Part shown: positions 28,499 to 37,081 of the stretch, piece by piece
How the letters are laid out: each line of letters opens with the position of its first letter
Position numbering within the stretch: the first letter of the stretch is position 1
Assembly: GCA_003228405.1 (NCBI GenBank)
Contig: QIDK01000136.1
Coordinates: 1-44,182, forward strand
Direction: 5' to 3'
DNA from: Gammaproteobacteria bacterium
GTDB lineage: Bacteria > Pseudomonadota > Gammaproteobacteria > SZUA-229
DNA length: 44,182 nucleotides
Notes under the pieces: model-generated
The model's input: only the letters and a program-made list of their open reading frames with translations
What the model was told of the DNA's origin: nothing
The model's database searches: none
Translations under genes and position numbers: made by a program

Positions 28499-28583
28499 TT
28501 ATTTTTAATAAACGCCCGAATTAATACATTAAAACGCAATTTAGCACACAAAATATTTAGATAACAGAGCGAAGGAAACCATT

Positions 28584-31271
28584 ATGATTACAATTGACCT
28601 AAAATCATTGGTAGGAAAACAAAATGACTCATGCCGCACAGCACTCGAAGGTGCTGCAGGAATCTGCATGGCACGTACCCATTACAATATTGAAATTGAA
28701 CACTGGCTTATAAAGTTACTTGAATTACCTGATAGCGATATCTCTGCTCTGCTGGAAAAATTTGAAATAAATCCCGGTAAGTTAATGGCCGATTTAAATA
28801 AAGAGCTGGATAAATTCAAATCCGGCAACACCCGGGCACCCGCATTATCTCCAACCGTTGTAGATCTGGCTAAAAATGCCTGGATGTTAGCCTCAGTTGA
28901 ATACAGCCATCCGCAGGCCACTTCGGCTCACGTACTCGCGGCATTAATGCTCGATGAAAACCTGCGTCGTTCTACTGAAATATCTTCTGGCGAGCTTAAG
29001 AAAATTGCGCCGGAATCCCTGCGTGCGGTTTTGCCGAGCATTGTTGGCAGCACATCTGAATCTGTTAGTGCGGCAGTCGGTGACACAAGTATTTCTGCAG
29101 GTGGTGTTCCAAGCGGCCCAACAAGTACACCCTCACTCGATAAATTTACGGTCAATCTTACCGACGATGCTAAAAATGGAAAGATTGATGCGATATTAGG
29201 GCGTGATGAAGAAGTCAGACAAATCATCGATATTTTAACGCGTCGTCGCCAGAATAATCCCATTCTCACCGGAGAGGCCGGTGTAGGCAAAACCGCCGTA
29301 GTTGAAGGTTTTGCATTGCGCATTGCATCCGGCGATGTGCCCGATATCTTAAAAGGCGTTTCAGTGCGCAGCCTCGACCTTGGCCTGTTACAGGCGGGAG
29401 CCAGCGTTAAAGGTGAATTTGAGAACAGGCTTAAGTCTGTTATTGCAGAAGTAAAAGCCTCCCCGGAACCTATTATTATGTTTATCGATGAAGCCCATAC
29501 TTTAATTGGCGCTGGCGGTAAAGAAGGCCAGGGAGATGCAGCTAACTTATTAAAACCTGCCCTGGCTCGTGGTGAATTACGCACCATTGCAGCCACAACA
29601 TGGGCAGAGTACAAAAAATATTTTGAGCGTGACCCTGCCCTGACACGTCGTTTCCAGGTGGTTAAAATTGAAGAGCCTGATGAAACAAAAGCCATTAATA
29701 TGATGCGTTCTATTTCAGTTATGCTTGCCAGCCATCACGGCGTGCGCATTATGGATGAAGCAATTATTGACTCGGTTAAATTATCCAGTCGTTATATTAC
29801 CGCACGCCAGCTGCCCGATAAATCAGTTAGTTTATTAGACACAGCCTGCGCCAGAGTTTCATTAAGCCAGAGCACAACCCCGGCTGCCATTGAAGATACA
29901 CGCCGGCAGATTACCCAGCATGAATCCAATATCACTTCATTAGAGCGGGAAAATGCCACACTTGGTAATTGTGATGAGCGGATTGCAGAAATTAATGCCG
30001 AAAAAGAACAGCTGGAAAAAAACCTTGAAACTCAGAATACTCAATGGCAAAAAGAAACGAAGATAGTAAATAAAATTCATCAGCTACAGGGGAAAATTGA
30101 GGATGACTTCCATGCCCATAATTTATCTGAGAAAGAATTAAAAGAAGAAAATGCACCTCAAAAGCTGGCTGACGCAGAACGAGAAACCATAAAAGCAGAT
30201 CTGCATAAAATGATGAATGAGCTAACCGAATTACAGGGTGAAAACCCGCTCATACAGGTTAATGTTGATAGTCAGGCGATTGCTGAAGTGGTTGCCAACT
30301 GGACAGGTATTCCTGTTGGTAAAATGGTATCCGATGAAATCAATAATATTCTCGACCTTACAAATGTACTGGGGCAACGGGTTATTGGACAGAAGCATGG
30401 CCTCGAAGCCATAGCTCAGGCCATTCGCACATCTCGCGCCGGCTTAACCGACCCCCGTAAACCCATTGGCGTGTTCTTTTTAGTCGGTTCAAGCGGTGTA
30501 GGTAAAACTGAAACTGCTCTTGCCCTTGCTGATTTACTCTATGGCGGTGAGCAAAATATTACCACCATTAATATGTCAGAATTTAAAGAAGAGCATAAAG
30601 TTTCTATGTTGTTGGGTTCACCCCCGGGCTATGTTGGCTTCGGTGAAGGTGGGGTTTTAACCGAAGCGGTACGTAAAAAACCTTACAGTGTTATTTTATT
30701 AGATGAAATGGAAAAGGCCCACCCGGGTGTGCAGGATATTTTCTATAATCTATTAGACAAAGGCACCATAAGAGATGGCGAAGGCCGGGATATCGATTTC
30801 CGCAACACGGTTATTATTATGACTTCTAATGCGGGAGAAGAGCATATTCGTGCTCTTTGTGCAGCCGGCGATGAACTACCTGAGCCAGATGTATTACTGG
30901 ATAATTTCCGTCCGCAGCTACTGCAATACTTCAAACCCGCATTCCTCGGCAGAACAACCGTGATACCTTATTACCCTCTAAGTGATGACGATTTAATGAA
31001 AATCTGCAAAATTAATATGAATCGCATCGACAAACGCATTAAAGATCATTACGGAGCTGAATTTAGCTACGATGAAGACCTGATACTGCATGTCGTCGCC
31101 AGAAGTCAGGAAGTCGATACCGGGGCCAGAAATATCGAAAGTATCTTAACTCGCACCATGCTGCCAGAAATGGCATCCGAGTGCCTGACCCGTATCGCCA
31201 GTAATGAACCAATCAATAAAATTCATGTATCTGTCGATGATGATGGTAAATTTGGCTATCAGATAAATTAA
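28584..31271 (+). CDS. tssH: T6SS AAA+ ATPase ClpV (TssH)
   Basis: ClpV-type N-terminus, RRRQNNPILTGEAGVGKT, TTWAEYKKYFE.D.AL.RRF, second Walker A GSSGVGKT and LLDEMEKAH. Confidence 0.97.
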   Translation: MITIDLKSLVGKQNDSCRTALEGAAGICMARTHYNIEIEHWLIKLLELPDSDISALLEKFEINPGKLMADLNKELDKFKSGNTRAPALSPTVVDLAKNAWMLASVEYSHPQATSAHVLAALMLDENLRRSTEISSGELKKIAPESLRAVLPSIVGSTSESVSAAVGDTSISAGGVPSGPTSTPSLDKFTVNLTDDAKNGKIDAILGRDEEVRQIIDILTRRRQNNPILTGEAGVGKTAVVEGFALRIASGDVPDILKGVSVRSLDLGLLQAGASVKGEFENRLKSVIAEVKASPEPIIMFIDEAHTLIGAGGKEGQGDAANLLKPALARGELRTIAATTWAEYKKYFERDPALTRRFQVVKIEEPDETKAINMMRSISVMLASHHGVRIMDEAIIDSVKLSSRYITARQLPDKSVSLLDTACARVSLSQSTTPAAIEDTRRQITQHESNITSLERENATLGNCDERIAEINAEKEQLEKNLETQNTQWQKETKIVNKIHQLQGKIEDDFHAHNLSEKELKEENAPQKLADAERETIKADLHKMMNELTELQGENPLIQVNVDSQAIAEVVANWTGIPVGKMVSDEINNILDLTNVLGQRVIGQKHGLEAIAQAIRTSRAGLTDPRKPIGVFFLVGSSGVGKTETALALADLLYGGEQNITTINMSEFKEEHKVSMLLGSPPGYVGFGEGGVLTEAVRKKPYSVILLDEMEKAHPGVQDIFYNLLDKGTIRDGEGRDIDFRNTVIIMTSNAGEEHIRALCAAGDELPEPDVLLDNFRPQLLQYFKPAFLGRTTVIPYYPLSDDDLMKICKINMNRIDKRIKDHYGAEFSYDEDLILHVVARSQEVDTGARNIESILTRTMLPEMASECLTRIASNEPINKIHVSVDDDGKFGYQIN

Positions 31272-31377
31272 GCCGGCAAATCTCTGTCACTATTTGATCA
31301 GAGGTTCTACTTTAGTGCAGTCTGGGTGAATTCAGACTGTAGCTAAAAACCATGTTTTCCTGCAATTCACACAGGCA

Positions 31378-31440
31378 ACATCATCATTAATTATTGCTTT
31401 ACCAAAACTTTCATACTGCGCAGACCAGACCACGCTAATT
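31378..31440 (-). pseudogene. Short relic of an Rhs-associated core ([21 protein letters not shown])
   Basis: 31378-31430 matches 33801-33853 at 50 of 53 nt. Confidence 0.75.
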
Positions 31441-31528
31441 CCATTTTTCATTAACTAAGATTTAGCTCGAGTATGCTTACACCGATGTCAGCATAATATC
31501 CGCGCATTTGTTTAAACATAAAGGGCTT

Positions 31529-31558
31529 TGACCCATTTAACTGTTGACCCCTTTAACT
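31529..31558. repeat. TGACCC(A/C)TTTAACT tandem motif, left border of the Rhs cassette
   Basis: TGACCCATTTAACT at 31529-31542 and TGACCCCTTTAACT at 31545-31558; the same motif recurs at 34561-34596. Confidence 0.75.
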
Positions 31559-31748
31559 GATATTGTAATCCCTCTAAAAAATAGACGATGCTCATTCGAA
31601 ACTGGAAGCCTGCCCTGAATTGGTTTATGATTGAGTTTGAAGAACGTTTAACTGATTATATTTAACCATGACAGTTACACAGAATTATTTACAGCGTCCT
31701 AATTTAATATTCCACCTATTTGGCTAATAATGAAAAGACCTGATACTA

Positions 31749-32213
31749 TTATTTAGGAGTTAGTACAAGATCTTTTATAACAGTATACTCTTTAGTACTT
31801 TTCCCTAGAGTATAAGTAAATATAAATTGACTTGTCATTTTATCATTTGGTGTATCTGTAGTGAAGCCCCAAACTTTCTCAAATGATATTGATTTACCTC
31901 GAGCCAGTGTCCTGCTATTTTTCCATGGCCATTTATTTACAATATCACCTAAACCACTCGTTTGTTTGTTACCTAAGCTTTTAAAAATAACACTTTTCAT
32001 ATGTAATGATTTACGATAGCCATTCGTTAGCTTTATAGCAAATTTAGAGTAATCATATATCTTGATTCCATCGACCTTAGTAGTCTTTTTTACATGATAT
32101 ACAGGTGATTTTGGATTAAAAGCAACTTTTAATTTCGAACCTGCATTGGCTGTGCTTTGTTGTTGAAATATCAATAAAATTAATACAGATAACATAAATT
32201 TAATTTTTTTCAT
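31749..32213 (-). CDS. Hypothetical exported basic protein, possibly an orphan immunity protein
   Basis: Signal-peptide-like MKKIKFMLSVLILLIF...ANA; AT-rich; third gene of the Rhs cassette. Confidence 0.7.
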   Translation of the reverse strand: MKKIKFMLSVLILLIFQQQSTANAGSKLKVAFNPKSPVYHVKKTTKVDGIKIYDYSKFAIKLTNGYRKSLHMKSVIFKSLGNKQTSGLGDIVNKWPWKNSRTLARGKSISFEKVWGFTTDTPNDKMTSQFIFTYTLGKSTKEYTVIKDLVLTPK

Positions 32214-32244
32214 AAATGCTCACTTATATTTTGGTTTTAAAATT

Positions 32245-33351
32245 TTAGTTAACTGACTTTTTGTACAGATTTATTATACTATTTGTATAGTCTGTCCAAA
32301 TAATTGCATCATTACTTATAAACATACGCTGCCTCAGTTTTCCTATGACTTTCGGTAACTTTTCTTCTCCAGGTCCTGCTCCAACAACAATATAGGTTTT
32401 GCCATCATAAGCAATTGAGGTATAAAAATCTGGTTGTCCTGTTGACGTAAATGACCAGTCATAACCATCTTTGCTTTTTGCTACTGTTCCACAGTTACCT
32501 ACTGCAATAAATTGTTTACCATCCCATATTGCATCGTATAAATCTGCCTCTGTATTCAATTTTTGAACTTTCCAGGTTTTGCCTTGATCACTGCTTGTTG
32601 AAATATATCCAAAATCACCAACTGATACAAAAACAGAGTCATTTTGAATCAAAGTTTGAGCATAGCCATGCGGTTGTTTTTCTCCACCAAGATATTCCCA
32701 ATCGATAACATTATCACTTACATATACACCTTTGCTTCTAGTTAGTAGGTAAAATTTATTATCAAATACCATCATATCTCTTGAGGATGGCATTAATCTA
32801 CCTTTTTTTAAATTGTATATATCATCTCCATAAAAAAAATATTCATCTTTATAAGTTTCATTCTTATCCAAAGAAAACATACCTCTTTTATTATACGGCA
32901 CCCCCCAATACTCCATTCTCAGAAGCATATTTTGTTTGGAAAAATCTAAAAACAAATGGATATCATGAAAAAAAACTTCATCTATATGGTAATTCCCCCC
33001 ACCCATTAATGATACATCGATCATGCTCCAATTTATCAAGTCATCACTAATATATATTTCATGTGATGCGCTAGTAACAAAGTATTTTTCACCATTCCAT
33101 GAAATTGAATTTAGACCATACTCATCAATATCATTTAGCAACCAGGCTTTTCCATCTCTACTTGATAAAATATATCCATTACTATCAACTATTCTAAAAT
33201 AACCATTTATAAATTTAACATCATTAAACACACCCAAATGGGTCAAACTATTTTTTATCGGTTTAAAGCAACCTGTATTTACATCTTCAGACCTAACATT
33301 AAAAACCCATGCACAAATAATTACATAAACGAGCCAAAAGAACCTCCTCAT
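32245..33351 (-). CDS. Exported BNR/Asp-box repeat beta-propeller protein, candidate Rhs immunity protein
   Basis: N-terminal hydrophobic signal and six S-x-D/N-x(3-4)-W motifs (SRDGKAW, SDDLINW, SDNVIDW, SSDQGKTW, SKDGYDW, SNDAIIW); starts 3 nt after the Rhs stop. Confidence 0.75.
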   Translation of the reverse strand: MRRFFWLVYVIICAWVFNVRSEDVNTGCFKPIKNSLTHLGVFNDVKFINGYFRIVDSNGYILSSRDGKAWLLNDIDEYGLNSISWNGEKYFVTSASHEIYISDDLINWSMIDVSLMGGGNYHIDEVFFHDIHLFLDFSKQNMLLRMEYWGVPYNKRGMFSLDKNETYKDEYFFYGDDIYNLKKGRLMPSSRDMMVFDNKFYLLTRSKGVYVSDNVIDWEYLGGEKQPHGYAQTLIQNDSVFVSVGDFGYISTSSDQGKTWKVQKLNTEADLYDAIWDGKQFIAVGNCGTVAKSKDGYDWSFTSTGQPDFYTSIAYDGKTYIVVGAGPGEEKLPKVIGKLRQRMFISNDAIIWTDYTNSIINLYKKSVN

Positions 33352-33354
33352 AAC

Positions 33355-34564
33355 TCATCCCCCACAAAACAAATCAGGGTCATAGTCTTTATCCAATTCT
33401 TTCAAAATATCATCTAAAAGCTTGCTTGGGTCATCATTTTTACCATCTCCATCGCTATCAGTATCAGGGTTTTTATCTCGAGTAACAGTAGCTACTTGAT
33501 CACCATTATCACACGTACATGTAAACGTCATCTCTCCTCCCCCATCTCCACGTGTTCCATCCTGTCCTCCGGTTATATTCCAGTTTCCATTCAGACCAAA
33601 TAGGTCTATCCAGTAAAGCGGATTATTGAAAACGTAAATATATGTATTTATGCCGCCTCTAAGCCCAATAGGATCACTGATGATAAAGCGCCCAAGACTT
33701 GAAGAATAATACCTAAATCTATTATAACTAAGCCCGGATTCTAAATCCAGATACTGCCCAGGCAGACGATGTAAACACAACCGTCGTGCCATTACCATCC
33801 ACATCATCATTAACAACTGCTTTACCAAAACTTTCATACTGCGCAGACCAGACTATTGACTTACTACTATTTATTAACAGTCTCGGCGCTTCAAGATGAT
33901 CTTTAAACACATCATAAATACCATTGACATCGGCAACTTGTATCGGTGTAAAACTGTTTGGTAAATAAGCATAACGTATTTGTTGTAGACCGCTGTTATT
34001 ATATTCGGTTAACAGTTTATTTCTGTCCCATAAAAACCAGGTGGTTGTCCCATTCACTGTTTTATTTAACCGTTTACCAAATGGGTCGTATAAATAACTG
34101 GCTGTTGTTCCGGTTTTAGTGAAATTTGTTAATCGATTAATGTGGTTGTAGGTATATGTTTCACCATTGGCATTGGATGTCATATTTCCATCATTATCAA
34201 ACACGTAACTTGTTATTCCCGGTGATGCTGTTATGCGATTATTGCTGTCATAATTATATAGTGCGGCATCTACAGGATCTTCTCGGTTTCCTACCCTGTC
34301 ATAAGCATAGTTTTCTGCAGTCAAGCCACTTGCTGCTGGATGTATCGCCTGTGTCAGCTCATCTAAGCCGTTATAGTTATAATCATGTAAACCGATACTG
34401 TCTGTTATAGTATCCACATTGTTGGCAGCGTCATAGATGTAATCCAGCCTTTCTAGCTGTATGGTACCATCCATTTGGGTAATATCTTTTACTGGTCCAT
34501 TGGTTTCATAGTTGTAGTCAGTAATAATTCCAGTTGGGCTTGTGAGCTGCTTTAATTTTCTGCC
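33355..34564 (-). pseudogene. 5'-truncated, frameshifted Rhs (YD-repeat) protein with RHS-associated core and a 78-aa variable C-terminus
   Basis: YD repeats (YIYDAANN, YAYDRVGNR, YLYDPFGKR), DHLEAPR..W...YESFG, then a frame change near 33770 into [19 protein letters not shown]...GRF...DPIGL.GG.N.Y.YV.NNP...IDLFGL. The frame stays open without an ATG up to the repeat at about 34561. Confidence 0.88.
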
Positions 34565-34596
34565 CCCTTTAACTCTTTAACTTGACCCCTTTAACT
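34561..34596. repeat. TG(A/C)CCCCTTTAACT tandem motif, right border of the Rhs cassette
   Basis: TGCCCCCTTTAACT at 34561-34574, CTTTAACT, then TGACCCCTTTAACT at 34583-34596. Confidence 0.75.
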
Positions 34597-35101
34597 TTTT
34601 ATGGCATGTGCCATGGAAAGACGTGGCCCCGTTATCAGTTATGCTTTATAAGAGATCGGGCTTTGGTTAGGGTGCGGGCACTATTTCCCGCACTTATGCG
34701 TGAATTAACACCAGCCTTTTTAGGCTCACGTTTCTTCCCCTCCGGTTCCAGAAGGGTCTCGGCCATTGCTCTCTGGCTTATGGTTAAATGCCGGTTTTTT
34801 CATATAACAGAAAAAAGGAATGAAGTCTTCTGTGTAAGGGGGCTTTTTGCGGGACTGGCTGGGCTGATGCACAAAACCGTAAGAAGCTCTTGCCCTGGAA
34901 TGCTAGAATCTGGCATCTCAGAACAATATAGCGGGTTCTTTCTGGAATGTGGCCTTATGCCTTGTTAATCATCACGTTCATAACAGCCCTGTATGCAACG
35001 TTCCCAGAGTGGGCGGGGCTTATGGGGCTGATACTGCTATCTATTATCAAATAGACAACTATTCATTAGCAAAGCCAGGTTATTTTTCATATACTCACTA
35101 T

Positions 35102-35452
35102 ATGGATAAGATATGTGAAACAACTATTAATATACTTGGCTTTTTTGATAAAGAGGAAAATATCTGGTCGGCTGTCGCGCTTGAACTTGATTTATGGGGT
35201 TACGGTGACACTAAAGATGAATCGCTTAAGGAGATAATAGAAGCCATTCAGGCACAAATAGGGTTTTCGGAATTTAAAAATAACCCTGACTTACTATTAC
35301 ACCCAGCACCAGCCATGTATTTTCACATGTATGCACAAGCACAGAATGAAGCGCTACAGGCTGGTGTGTATCATAATGCAATAGAAAGAGATACTTTTGC
35401 AGCTGGCATCCCTTTTCCAACTGATTCGAATAGTCGCTACGCAGTAGCTTAA
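35102..35452 (+). CDS. hicB: HicB-like antitoxin (partial RNase H fold, no evident DNA-binding domain)
   Basis: WSAVALELDLWGYGDTKDESLKEIIEAI fits the HicB pattern; lies directly upstream of hicA. Start moved to ATG 35102; the ORF track starts at 34949. Confidence 0.72.
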   Translation: MDKICETTINILGFFDKEENIWSAVALELDLWGYGDTKDESLKEIIEAIQAQIGFSEFKNNPDLLLHPAPAMYFHMYAQAQNEALQAGVYHNAIERDTFAAGIPFPTDSNSRYAVA

Positions 35453-35457
35453 ATTCA

Positions 35458-35694
35458 GTGCCTAAAACTTTTTCGTTTAATGAATTAATTAAACTTTTAC
35501 AGAAGCACGATAACCGCTTTGAAATATATTTAGACAAAGGAAAAGGTAGTCACCGGATGCTTTTCCATCCAGACATAAATGGGCGGAGTGAATCTTACCC
35601 GTTGAAATTCCACGGAAAAAAAACAGAAGTCCGCATAGGTCATTTAACAGCTATCATTCGCCGTTTTGATTTGCCTAAAAAAATATTTAGATAA
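35458..35694 (+). CDS. hicA: HicA family toxin (dsRBD-like mRNA interferase)
   Basis: 78 aa, basic, with ELIKLL, the GKGSH catalytic-His motif, P..H...EV..G.L..I. Confidence 0.85.
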   Translation: MPKTFSFNELIKLLQKHDNRFEIYLDKGKGSHRMLFHPDINGRSESYPLKFHGKKTEVRIGHLTAIIRRFDLPKKIFR

Positions 35695-35827
35695 TCTTAA
35701 GCCACTTCTGCCAGTTGCTGCCACCTCGATGATTGCTTGATGCTGATGCCCATACGGTTAATCTCTGTTAGACCTGCCAGCAAGCGGGTACGTGATGATT
35801 ATCACAGCATTATGTGAGGTGAATACT

Positions 35828-36010
35828 ATGAAAGAAACATTTAAGCATTCCGATGGTAGTGACATCATAGTGAATGAAAAGGACTATGAAGACATTAAAA
35901 ATCTGACTGATGAAGAGTTTGAAAAGATGGCGCAGGCAGATTCAGATCACCCCCCTATGTCTGATGAAGAATCAAAAAGACTTAAACGGATTAACCCTCG
36001 AATCCTCTAA
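35828..36010 (+). CDS. Small acidic protein resembling the N-terminal part of BrnA/HigA-type antitoxins, probably truncated
   Basis: GAGGT RBS before ATG 35828; LTDEEFEKMAQADSDHPPMSDEE pattern recognised by eye; no C-terminal DNA-binding domain. Confidence 0.5.
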   Translation: MKETFKHSDGSDIIVNEKDYEDIKNLTDEEFEKMAQADSDHPPMSDEESKRLKRINPRIL

Positions 36011-36625
36011 TTAAAAACGTTAAAAAAACCCCCGGTACTGGAGGGACACCGGGAGTAAAATAGGTATGGATTTCGACCGCTACCTGTTTTTTACGCATAA
36101 CAGCCCTGGTTAATCCAGAACTGAGTTTTCATATCGGGCAGCAACAGTCTAAAGCCTTTATCCTGTGCAAACTTCACCATTTGTTTAGCATCGGATTGGC
36201 CTACGTCGGCATTCACAAAAAAAAATATAACCCGCTTTCACAATTTCAGTAGAGAGCTGCATCATTAGCGTTGTTTTGCCGCGTTAAAGAATTGGAAAAT
36301 CGCGCCTTCTGAGAAGAGCTGGCTCGACTGGATATAGAGGAAGATCAGTAATGTATTTAGAAGGGCTGGGTTTTTATACGAGTATGCAGACCGCATTTAA
36401 CGGCCGCCAATTCCCAGGTTTTTATTAAGCTGTTAATTTTTTATTTTTGCATACTAAGATATCAGCAGATTGCTGGATGCTGTTTAGTTTGAGGTTTGCT
36501 GCTTGAGATTGTTCTGAATTCTGATTTTGAAGAGACATTATTTGCTCCAGTTAGTGGATACTTAGCCTCTTTGTATATTGTTTGTGCAAATTTATTTAAT
36601 ACCCACTTTTCGAAAAAGTCAATAC

Positions 36626-36668
36626 AAAAAAAGCCTCTTAGAAATTTATATGGAATCTCTAAGAGGCT
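36626..36668 (-). terminator. Probable intrinsic terminator downstream of tRNA-Ser
   Basis: AGCCTCTTAGA...TCTAAGAGGCT inverted repeat followed on the minus strand by a T-tract; the loop is long (15 nt). Confidence 0.6.
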
Positions 36669-36674
36669 CTTGTA

Positions 36675-36764
36675 TGGCGGAGAGCGAGGGATTCGAACCC
36701 TCGATACTGTTTCCAATATACACCCTTAGCAGGGGTGCGCCTTCAGCCACTCGGCCAGCTCTCC
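36675..36764 (-). tRNA. tRNA-Ser(GCT)
   Basis: GGAGAGCTGGCCGAGTGGCTGAAGGCG, anticodon arm CACCC-CTGCTAA-GGGTG, long variable arm, GGTTCGAATCC and encoded CCA; conserved position downstream of csrA. Confidence 0.97.
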
Positions 36765-36980
36765 AGTTCTTTTTTAACAGTATTATGTACTGCTATTGTA
36801 ATGTGCGCCTTATTCCGGACTCCTGTCCTCCACCCCTTCAGGGCCATGGTGATAAAAGGCAATCACCATGTTCAAATTGTTCCAGACAATTTAGTCAGCC
36901 ACTCGGCCAGCTCTCCAGTTCTTTTTTAACTGCACTATGTGCTGCTATTGTAATGTGCGCCTTATTGCGGACTCCTGCCC
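36743..36980 (-). repeat. 152-bp-period tandem array of tRNA-Ser 5' fragments interrupted by an 83-bp multi-hairpin element
   Basis: 36743-36825 is nearly identical to 36895-36977. The element at 36812-36894 sits inside the GTGCGCCTT/TCAGCCACTCGG tRNA sequence. Confidence 0.85.
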
Positions 36981-37015
36981 AATAACCTGTATGCTAAATC
37001 TTTGCTTTGTTTAAA

Positions 37016-37044
37016 CAAAACCGCCGCGAATGGCGGCGGTTTTG
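37016..37044. other. Perfect 12-bp hairpin CAAAACCGCCGC-GAATG-GCGGCGGTTTTG
   Basis: Inverted repeat seen directly; lies just downstream of the predicted tRNA promoter. Confidence 0.7.
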
Positions 37045-37052
37045 AGGTGGCT

Positions 37053-37081
37053 AGAATACCTTTGATCCTGTCTCAGGTAAA
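37053..37081 (-). promoter_or_regulatory. Sigma-70 promoter for the tRNA transcript
   Basis: TTTACC-17 nt-TATTCT followed by a GC-rich discriminator (AGCCACC). Confidence 0.6.

Noticed and set aside
34582-35101. ORF 34582-34968 and the N-terminal extension of ORF 34949-35452
   Set aside because: TTG/GTG starts, atypical composition and no motifs; probably degraded foreign DNA that I cannot identify.
36190-36260. Possible integrase or RAYT remnant (GIHKK..I.RFHNF or DWP.S.F-like peptides)
   Set aside because: The integrase-like reading needs a frameshift and both matches are too short; a translated search would be required.
36313-36333. GAAGAGCTGGCTCGACTGGAT resembles the tRNA-Ser 5' end in inverted orientation
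   Set aside because: A gapped, imperfect 21-nt match at the wrong end and orientation for an att site; could be chance.
36462-36985. ORFs overlapping the tRNA and its repeat array
   Set aside because: Translations of tRNA and repeat sequence, not proteins.
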